From NCBI GenBank assembly GCA_964106645.2, contig OZ067043.1: 64,000 bases of DNA. One strand, 5' to 3'. Position 1 is the first letter of the stretch. Each line of letters starts with the position of its first letter. The notes below the pieces were generated by a model. The model ran no database searches. It worked only from the letters and a program-made list of their open reading frames with translations, and was not told where the DNA came from. A program made the translations under genes and the position numbers. The DNA is from Podarcis pityusensis. Taxonomy: Eukaryota. Positions 24,073-34,944 of the stretch are shown here, one piece after another.

Positions 24073-27000
24073 GTAACGGCGCTCTGTCCTTTCCCGCCAG
24101 AAGGGCGAGCGAGCCTGGCGGGCCGCCCGGCGGATCGCGAGTTTCAGCAGAAGCAGCTGGTAGGCGGCTCCCTTCCGCGGCTGCGATGGCATCTGCCTCC
24201 TGGGCAATGTTATGTTTTCCGCGGCTGCGGGCTTGGGAAGCTCGCGCAGGGGAAAAAAACCAAACACGAGTGAGAGTCGCCTGGTCCCTTCTTCCCTAAG
24301 GCAGCTTGCTCAGTATTTCATTTTTTTCCTGTTGAGGGCTTACTCTCTGAAGTGGGTTTGCTGTCATCTGGAAACAACCTTGGCTGAATGTGAAAGTAGT
24401 AGAGGATCGGGGCCGTAGAGCCGCAAGATCCGACGGGGTAGAGCCGCCGCAGCGACGCTCCTACTAGCCCCGGGCACGATGCGAAGAGCTCAAGCGCAGA
24501 AAGAGAACGTGTAAATAAATAGCTACGCCTCCCGGTGTTGTGGTGGTCCGTCCAACTTTCTCTCCCGTCAGCTGCAGCAAACGGCATTGCGATTGAGTCC
24601 TACTGTCGCAGCCCAAGGGATAGTTGAGATGACGGGGGTGGGATTACAGCCCTTTGAAAGTTACAGGCCCAACCTTGGGTTTGCAAAAGTGGCGTAGTTA
24701 GTAAATGTTGGAAGGGCAGGAACTCATCGCGACAGCTCACATGATTACATTCCTAAGAACAGTTAAAGGGTGGGGAGTAGGCTTCTTTGTTGATCAGCAA
24801 TACATTGCATAATGCCCATTTTTAGAATGGGAGGGACTTGGGTTCACATCTTCAATCAGCCATGAAGTTCACTGGGTGACCTTGGGCCAGTTAAAGTCTG
24901 AGCCTAGCCTACCTAATAAAAGTATTATGTGCCAGACCAGATCCAACTTCCAAGCTTGCAGTGCTGGCAAATACTGCCCAGTCAGATGCCATTGCTCCAG
25001 GTATGAATAACTACTGAAGCTCCCATGTTCCTGCTCCGCTGCATCACTGGTTGGAAACCTTTTCTCAGCAATCCTAATAGGAACCAAACATTCTGAATCT
25101 GAAAATGTTTTATATGTTACATATAGCTAAGCTATGGAGATAATATTGCTCTTTGAACACTTCACTATTGTGTGAGCTCAGTTCAATTGATTTCTGCTGG
25201 TGGTTCAGTTTCAAACTTTTAAAATGCCACTTTCTGGTTGAAATGCTTTGTTATAGCTGCCTGAACAATATAGTCCTGTGTATCAGCTTCTGAAGCTGAA
25301 CTTAAAGTGGAAGTATTTTTTAAAAATATGTTTTAACCACCTGTCTGAATTGCTTGTGCATTAATTAATCTTCATATTATACTACATACTGGAATAAGTC
25401 CTCCACCCCATAGTAGAAATGGTATCTTCTGCAAATTTGCATTTGTCACTCATATAGTTGTCTTTCCCTAGGCATAGGCAGTGCTGATGAAACTTCGCTT
25501 CGACCATTGTACATGGATGTCCAAGCAACTACTCCTCTGGTTTGTGAACTAAGTACTGTACTCTTTTGAGGAGCATTTGTTTAAACAAACACATTGTTTA
25601 CAGAGTAGTCCTGCACTATTTACTCAGAGGTAAATCCTACTATGTTCAGTGGGGGCTTACTGCTAGGTAAGTGCATAGGATCACAGTCCAAGTTTCCTGT
25701 CTACCCTGAGATGTTTGATAGGTGAGAGAATAATACAATGTGATATCTAACTAAGATGTACTCAGGCTAGAACTGTAGAAATGATAATTCCTAGAGTCTG
25801 ACTGAGTCAGATACTTCTCATTGGATCTAGTAGTAAGAGAACATGGCTGAACATTTACAGCCTGTTCTTAATCACATTTTAATCCTATTTACTCTGAAAT
25901 AAAAGACTGCTGCCATACTGGCCGTACTGTCTTGTGTACACAAACAGAAAGAAGATTGTAGCCTTAATAACAGGTCTGGGTGTGTTCCAAGCATTTGGGT
26001 GTGTAGGGGAAAACTCTTCGATACAGATTTTTTTTTTTTAATGATGAAATGAAATAGAATAACTATCAATATTTTGTTCTAGGACCCTAGGGTTTTGGAT
26101 ACCATGCTTCCCTATCTTGTGCATTTTTATGGTAACCCACACTCAAGAACTCATGCTTATGGTTGGGAGAGTGAATCTGCTATGGAAAAAGCTAGACAGG
26201 TGAGATTTCTGCCTTTTTCTTATAATTTGTTTATGAACTGCTTATCAGTCAAATCTCATGGCAGTATATGTATGGGAATTTCATCCAGAAGACAAATTGT
26301 ATCGAGGAGTTAGTGATCTGACATGGTTACCCTTCCTGCCTCTGTTCCTTCCCCCTCCCTCGCTGTTAATTTTTTTTGCTGGTGTGAGAACAGTCTTTAA
26401 TGTCCTGAGAACGAGAAGGTGATGCCCCCCCAGCTGCCTTAATCAGTTGTGGAGGATAATGCCGGGTACCTTCTTTGCTACTGGACATTGTTTTGAGAAA
26501 GTGAGACATTGGGAGGGAGGGAGGGGGCAGCTAATGGATTATCTGCAGGTAGCCAGTCTAGGAAGGCACAAGGCTATCTATAAAATCAGGTGGTTTGGGC
26601 AGAGTTTCTCTGAAGCTCATGCACGGACTGATTGGCTGCAGGGCCGTGCAAACTGAGACTACCTGGGGGAGTCACTTTGCCACTTCTTGTGGGCTTCTTT
26701 AATCTTCTCACTCACCTGTGTATTTTGCATTGCTTCTGAATCTTATTTTAAAAGAATCACCTTGCCTTTGGCAAGACAGTATACAAAATAAAGAAAAGCA
26801 AGATACAAACATAAAACAGTTAAGAGTACATTAAACCCAATGTAAAACCAACATGAACAATAGTCAGTAGTGCTATCCTGAAAAAGCCTGGCATTCACTG
26901 CCAGTTGCAGCTTCCAGACAAACCTCAAGGGCAGCTTCACATAGAGCACATTCTAGTAATTCAACCTTGAGGGGATAAATATATGGACCACTGTGGCCAA

Positions 27001-30000
27001 GCTATCCTTGTGCAGCCAAAACTGATAGAAAGCTGAAAGAAGATGCTCTGAGCCCAAGACTACTTGGGCCTATAGTGACAAAGTTGGAGTCAGCAGTACA
27101 CCTAAGCTACATACCTGATTGTTCAGGAAGAATGCAGTCCAACCCAGGATAGGCAACTGAGCTGCCTTCTGGACTTGGGTACCAGTTACCCACAGAGCTT
27201 CCATCTTGTCAGGATTCATTTTCAGTTTATTGGCTATCATCCATCCCACAACTTCATCCAAGCATGTTTAATATTTGCATAGCCTCATCTGATTTAGATT
27301 TCAGAGAGAAATAGATAGAGCAGGGTGTCATCAGCATACTGGTAACACCTTACTCCAAATCTCCTAACAACGACACCTAACAGCTTCATACAGATGTTAA
27401 ACAGCCTTGGGGTCAGGACGGTTTCCTGTGGCACCCCATAGCACACTTTGCGGGGGGCCAACAAATCTCCCATGCGGTGCTACTCTTTGAAATCAGCCCT
27501 GGAGATAGGAGCAAAACCACTGCAACACAGTGCCTCCAACACTCATCCCAGGAGGTTACTATTGTTAATGGCATCAAAAGTCTCTGGGAGATCAAGTAAT
27601 AGCAACAGGGTCACACTCCCCTGTCCCTTTTTTGATAAAGACAACCCATCAGCAACCGAGGCAATTCAGCCATGAAATCAGACCTGAATCAAGATTGCAG
27701 TGGGTTAGTGGGTTAAGGTAATCTGTCCTCCAAGAATGCCTGTATATGTGCTGCTGCTACCTTCCCTCTAAAAGAGGGTACTAGTGAGCAGGCAGTAGGT
27801 GGCAAATGCTACTGGACCAAGTTTTGTTTTGTTTTTAATATAAAGAAGTGGCTGCACCACCACCTGTGGGCATAAAAATGCAGTTTAATTCTAAATCTGC
27901 CTTTGCTGACTTATGAAGCATTTGGGTTTTGAAAGATGCTACGAAAATTGTCTGGTGAATGTGGTTTTCTGCCTCAAAGTAGTAACATTATATTATTGTG
28001 TTCTGTCTTTTTTTAAACAGCAAGTTGCATCGTTAATAGGAGCAGATCCTAGAGAAATTATTTTTACCAGTGGGGCAACAGAATCAAACAACATAGCAAT
28101 TAAGGTAAATGAGTATATTGTAATGCCAAGTGATGGTGATGTAAAAACAATTCACAGTAGTCTGGATGTTCAAATATTACTGTCCTGTCTTGTGTTATAA
28201 TTAAGGCAGAAGCTTAATACAATTGCAGCAACTAACAGTGCAATCCTGTGTATATTTTTTGGCTTTACCTGAGAATAAATAAAAGTATTGGCAAGTCTTA
28301 AAAAGTGCTAAGCCTATTACCTTGTGTGCAGTTTTTTTTAAAGTCTGTGGAAGACACAATTCTCTACATAAAGTTATTTGGATAATGTTATTGTTTTTGC
28401 ATTTGCAGGATGAGCATACTGAGTCATGTTAAATATCTAGAGATACTTTGTTGTTTCTGATATAAATGTATTGTAATTGTAACTTGGTTGAGATCGTATA
28501 GCGATATACTGTAAGTTCCTAAAACAACTTGGTGTAAACGTAACCAGGTTCACAGCACACTCCTATTCACGTCTACTCAAAAGTAAGTCCTACTGAATTC
28601 CGTGGGACTTCTTTGGGTAAGTGTGCATAAGAGCCTCAGGCTGTGGTCTTGAACTCACTTATTAGGAGGTAAGCCCTATTGAACAGTGGGACTTCCTTCT
28701 ATGCAGACATGCATGTAAGATTGTACTGGTAGTTGAATTAAACTTCTGCCTTCCTTAAAGTAGATTGCACTAATGTTTCTTGATGTTAAGAGGCCTATTG
28801 TATAACCAAACCTAATTCTGCCTGCTTTGTACTTAAAACAGTTATGCAAAGAGAGAGTTGCATTATCAAAACTAACCGACAGGTCTCTTTTCAAGATTCT
28901 TCTCTGCACTGCAGTTTGTAAGGTTTCTGTGGCTACAGTTTTGCTTTGTAGCTATTTCCCATAATTGCACTGAGGAAAAATGTTGTAAAAATATGTAAAA
29001 AATGAAAATATGTAAAAATGAAACCATGACACTTACTTAAGAAACTGAGCTAAAGTTGAAAATTGCCAAGATTACTTGAATAGTTTTTCATATGCAATCC
29101 TTTGCATATTTACTCACAAGTAAATCTCATTGTGTTCAGTGGGGCTTACTCCCATGTAAGTGTGTACCATTTTGGGCTGCAATCCTATGCACACTTTTGG
29201 GAGTAAACCCCCCCTGCACTTGGTGGGACCTAGTTCTGAGTAAATGTGCCTAGGATTTGTTGTCTATTGCCTGAAGCTTCAAGGAAACTGGGCGTTTTAC
29301 ATTTTTTTACATGATACTTATAGAAACTACGGATTTCCAGCAGTTTTGATCTAAATTTTTTTCCGTTTTATCTGTGTAAAGGGTGTTGGAAGATTCTATA
29401 AATCCAGAAAGAAACATATAATCACAACACAAACAGAACACAAGTGTGTGCTGGATTCATGCCGTGCCCTAGAAGCTGAGGGATTTCAAGTCACATACTT
29501 GCCTGTACAGAAAAATGGGATTATAGATTTAAAGGTAAATCACTTGTTTCCAAATTTGTATTCATGTGATTGTAGCTTCTCCCTTTTTCAGTCCTTTGCA
29601 ATGGAATGTTAACAAAAATGCAGTCTTCCACTTAGAATATGGATGCTACAGAGAGCTGTCTAAGTAAAAACTGGTGAAATGTTTGTTGGGTTGCAGTGAC
29701 AAAAGGGTGAGGTTTACTGCTTACCTAGTATATTGTACAAAATTGGATCAGTTTAGCAGGTGCATTCAAAGAAAGGACACTTTATGTACTAGTAGAATAA
29801 ATTGATTTATATCTCTAACCATTTAGAGTGCACATCTTAGCACAGGGAGTATGCCCTATTGAATATAATGGTGCTTATATGTTAAAAGTGCAGTGTAATT
29901 GTAAAATAAGTTTCATTTGCAGTGCTAATGCAGTTCGAATTAATTCTCTTCTATGATTTCCACCAGGATCTAAAAAATGCAATACAACCAGACACAGGAT

Positions 30001-33000
30001 TGGTTTCAGTAATGACTGTGAATAATGAAATAGGAGTGGTACAGCCAGTTAAGGACATTGGTAAGTTGACAGTTTGGGTGGAATTGATTTTATGAAAGAT
30101 TGTAAGATGCTTTATGGAAGAAGTTCCTCAAAAAACTGGTTATGAAATTTGAAATAAATACTAAATCAATCAATCAAACAAACAAACAAACGTCATATCT
30201 TGAGCTAAAATGCCAAATACTTATAAAGCTCGACAATGAAGCACACACTGTTGAAGCATAGAATAGCTACATAATTGTGGTGACTTAGAAACAAATCACT
30301 GGCTCACAATCAATATCTGACAGCTTTTCTATGTCTGTCAATAATTTGTGAACTTCAAAATAGATGTTACATGTGAGATCTATGACCAGATTTCCAAACC
30401 TTTTAAAAAAAGAACTTCAAGGTTGTTGTTTATGTGTCTACTCTTGGAGCAGGACCGTGGAGGATTTCCCCCCCCCTTTTTATTTTGAGCCATTTCACTC
30501 CCATCTAAATGCCCACCTCCCAGCAGTTGAAAGCTAACAGTACAGTGAAACACAGACATCATTTGTATTATATCTGTTCCCAGATTTATTTTGTGATGAC
30601 CTCTGGGTTTTAGCAATACATTTGAATTGATTGATAAAATCAGTATGTTTAAAATCTTTCAACATTTTCATAAAATATAAATAATATTTCATTCTGAACC
30701 ATGTTGTTTTTGCATTGTAGGTCAGATCTGCAGTTCCCATAAAATATTCTTTCATACAGATGCTGCACAGGCAGTTGGGAAAATTCCTCTAAATGTCAAT
30801 GATATGAAAATTGATTTAATGAGCATCAGTGGCCATAAAATCTATGGTCCCAAAGGTATTGATATTTCTTATATTAGATACTACTTCATTTTTACTAATA
30901 AAGGTGGCCAGGTTTATTTGATTTGGTAGTCAAATAAACATTTGGAGAAATCGCTAACCCTTGTCAAGGCACCATGAAAAACAGAGACCTTAGTACAGGG
31001 CTGGAGAACCTGTGGCCTTCCAGATGTTGCTGGCCTACAGCTCTAATCAGCCCTAGCAATTATAGCCAATGATCAAGGATGATGGGACTTGTAGTCCAGA
31101 AATATATGGAGGGCCACAGGCTCCCTATCCCTGCAATAGTATTTAAGGAGGAAACAAGAATAGCAGAGGAAAGCCTGCAACAGTCTTGCAGGGATGGGCG
31201 CTTCATTCAAAATAGCTTTCTTCGAAATAAGTACTTCCAGTGTGGTGTAGTGGTTAAGAGTGGTAGACTTGTAATCTGGTGAACCAGGTTCACTTCCCTG
31301 CTCCTCCACATGCAGCTGCTGGGTGACCTTGGGCTAGTCACACTTCTTTCAAGTCTCTCAGCCCCACTCACCTCACAGAGTGTTTGTTGTGGGGGAGGAA
31401 GGGAAAGGAGAATGTTAGCCACTTTGAGACTCCTTCAGGTAGTGATAAAGCGGGATATCAAATCCAAACTCCTCCTCTTCTTCCATATGAGCACTTTGAA
31501 CACAACTTGGTTCCTAAACACTAGTCTGCTATCCAAGATGTGGAGACAGCTATATGTGGAACAAGCTACATCTACAAATGGATTAAGCTATGCCTGACCA
31601 CATACCTTACACTATACAGATCTATATGCAGCAGCCTCCATGCAAACTACTGCACAGGGCACTAAGGGCACAGTCTATAATAGACTGTGTGTATGGATGT
31701 GGCAGTATGCATGACTTTCTGCCAGAATATTAGATTAGGATGCCAGACAGTTATTTTTCATTTTCTGGAGTTAAATAATGACAAAGGAAGATCCTGCTGA
31801 AGAACACCTCAAGGATTTTGATAAATTTTAGGAGAAGATACTTATTTTATAGAAATTAGCAAATGAGGATTCTTCCAATTAGAAATGTAAATTGAATATC
31901 TGAAGATGAGATCCAACAAAATGTGAATGGTTCTGTTCATGTAACAGGGCTTCTTCTTCCTCTCTTCCCCCCACTGCAGGTCCCTACAGTGATCCCCCAA
32001 AAATCTTCTCCAGAGGGTTGGATACCCTCTGGAGTAGATTTTTGGGGGTGCATAGGGGGCTGCAAGCTCAAATGAGAAACTGGAAGTTCTGTTGTGCAAC
32101 CAGATTCCCATTGCACAAGTGGTGGAACATCACTGGATGTTGCCCTGAATGTTTAAAATGCATCTCTTGCGACGAAAAATCTTGATTAAAAGTTCCTGAA
32201 GGATTTTTTCTAAATGTTTCTAAATATGCTAGGAGACATACAGTATGGAAAGTCTACCTGTGTACTGAACAGAAGTAACTTCTTGTTTCTAAGGGGTTGG
32301 TGCAATTTATGTTCGGCGGCGACCAAGAGTAAGACTGGAACCTATACAAAGTGGGGGAGGCCAGGAGCGAGGATTACGTTCTGGGACTGTGCCAACTCCT
32401 TTAGCAGTTGGTCTTGGAGCAGCTTGCGAATTGGCACAACAAGAGATGGAGGTATAAAGAGCAGTTCTAGTTGTGTAACTTTTCTTGATCCATTTATTTT
32501 ACCATGTTCTTTGAAGCCTTGTTGATGGTTGAAAGTCTGCAACACATTCCTTTAACAATAATGATTAGGGTTTAATATGATGCCCTTCTCTGTACTGTAG
32601 AGAACTAATCATGCTCCATAATTCAGCCTTTATTTTCCTATAATATGTAAAAGCAGTTATATAAGCAAAGCAAACTTGGCCTTCTTGGCAGAACAATTTT
32701 CTGAGATGGTTTTGAGTATTTCTGAGATATTTTAGTAGTGCTATGTTCATTCATTAAGTAGTTCTCTGTGCCATATTTCTTACAAACTCTAACCTTACAG
32801 TTAGAACCTTTCTGGTCTCTGTCTTGCTGTTGGTAAGAGAAGGCAAGCAGTTTCTAGAACAACTAGTGTTTATTGATTATAATAATTGTACAGAGATGTG
32901 CCTCTATTTCAAGGGCATCTCTCTTTCTTCTCGAGCATAGAATTTTCAAACAATTTCTTATAGAATTTTCCTACTACATATTTCTGAATTTTACAGCAGC

Positions 33001-34913
33001 AATTGTGGGATAGTAGAGCAAACTCAGGGGGTGGAATCCAGTGTTGTGCAAGCAGACTTCTGTTCACATAATGAATCTATCCTTTCTTTCTTTCCTCCAT
33101 CCCCCCATGTACCCTGAAAATGTGGGGCATATTTGGGGGTATTAGAGCATGGAAGGGAGAGGAGAGGTAGGTGAAGTCTCATTGTGCAGGTGGAAGTCTA
33201 TTCCACTTGCACATAGCCAGCATCAGCTTGATAACCATAACTCTCATATTTAACTTGGGGCTGAATTTTGCTATGGTTATTATTTGTGTGAGAAATTGCT
33301 CTGACAAATATTGTGTTATTTTGCCTTGTCTTTTTGGTTAACAGGCCAGATTTGACTGATAGAACATTTTTAGTACATCAATCAAGGCTCATCTGCATGT
33401 TTGTAGAATAGCTAATAAGTTCTCTTGTTTCTTTTTCAGTATGACCATAAGCGAATTAGTTTATTAGCTGGCAGATTAGTTACAAGCATAATGTCTGAAA
33501 TTCCTGATGTAGTAATGAACGGCGATCCAGTTCATCGTTATCCAGGTATTATTAGCAGAATGTTGAGTTCCTCTTTACTTCAGAAATTGCCTTTGACCAT
33601 TTAGGGTTTCTTTTTAAAATGAATATAGCATTGGAAATTTTAAAACAGATTTAAGTGTTAATCTGGTACAGCAGTATTGTTTTAGAATTGAAAGCAATCT
33701 TGTGCTCATCGGGTACTAGCCCAGAAACTCAACAAATAGCTTGAATATTGCAAAATTCTCATCCTCTGTTATACAATGTTCTATATATTCATGACTAGAT
33801 GAAAACTGAGATAATATTATAACAGCATCAGTGCTAAAGCTTTGGTTGACTCTAAATAGTTTCACTGTTGCTCTGTTAAGCATATGAACATGAAATTAAG
33901 TAGAGATTGTAGTCACTGAAACACAATGTTTAAACTAATTCAGATATGTCTTCTGCTTCTGTACTGACGTTAAATCACTGCATAAATCAATCCCAGTGAA
34001 TAGCAGATTATGCACAAGCTTTTTTTATTGTTCTACATCTTAGTTCTGACTTGTATGTTTTAGGTAGAGCACTAGGATAAATCACTGTGTTAAAGACTGA
34101 ATGAAGAATTCTGTAATGGTCCAAAGAGCAGCTCAATATTTTCTTCCACTTCATTGTCTTCTGCACAGTTAGCCAGTTTTAGGTTGTTTAGAAATAAAAA
34201 TTATGGGTGTGCTGGCGAGACAGTTGTTCTGCATGCATTTCTGGAATTAGCATTTAGCTCTCTAGTGATCAGAGCTGTGGTGACATTCACATTCAAAGGA
34301 AATGAAAAAGAAACATTCCTTAAAGGGAAAATAGACTCAGATTATTTAAGAGCAGGGTCTTGAGTTCAACCCCCATGTTGGGCTAAAAATTCCTGCATTG
34401 CAGGGGGTTGGACTAGATGACCCTTGTAGTCCCTTCGTATACTATCATTCTATGGTTCTGCAAAAACCCTGTTGTCTAAAGTGCAATCTTAAAAGAAGCT
34501 GACACTGCTTTGTTAACTTTGCAGGCTGCATTAACTTATCCTTTGCATATGTGGAAGGAGAAAGCCTGCTGATGGCACTTAAAGATGTGGCTCTGTCTTC
34601 TGGAAGGTAATATTGTTGGTGTAAATTGGAAAGAATGGGTGAAATTGCACTAAGCACTTGGACCGTGTCTTGAGCCAACATGGTGTAGTGGTTAAGAGCA
34701 GTGGACTCGTAATCTGGTGAACCGGGTTTGATTCCCCGCTCCTCCACATGCAGTTGCTGGATGACCTTGGGCTAGTCACACTTCTCTGAAGTCTCTCAGC
34801 CTCACTCACCTCATAGAGTGTTTGTTGTGAGGGAGGAAGGGAAAGGAGATTGTTAGCTACTTTGAGACTCCTTAAAGGGAGTGAAAGGCGGGATATCAAG
34901 TCCAAACACCACC

Positions 34914-34944
<31 letters not shown>

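Larger units (their letters stand above)
23490..24620. promoter_or_regulatory. CpG island / bidirectional ROMO1-NFS1 promoter
   Basis: GC- and CpG-rich; head-to-head genes; CRE-like TGACGTCG 23882-23889 and ETS-type CTTCCG 23865-23870. Confidence 0.85.

Noticed and set aside
23519-24587. Multiple ORFs across the ROMO1/NFS1 CpG island
   Set aside because: Expected in stop-poor GC-rich DNA; only 23982-24072 splices into NFS1
31237-31320. tRNA-like A/B boxes (also near 34680 and 4840-4915)
   Set aside because: These are SINE heads followed by SINE bodies and tails, not cloverleaf tRNA genes
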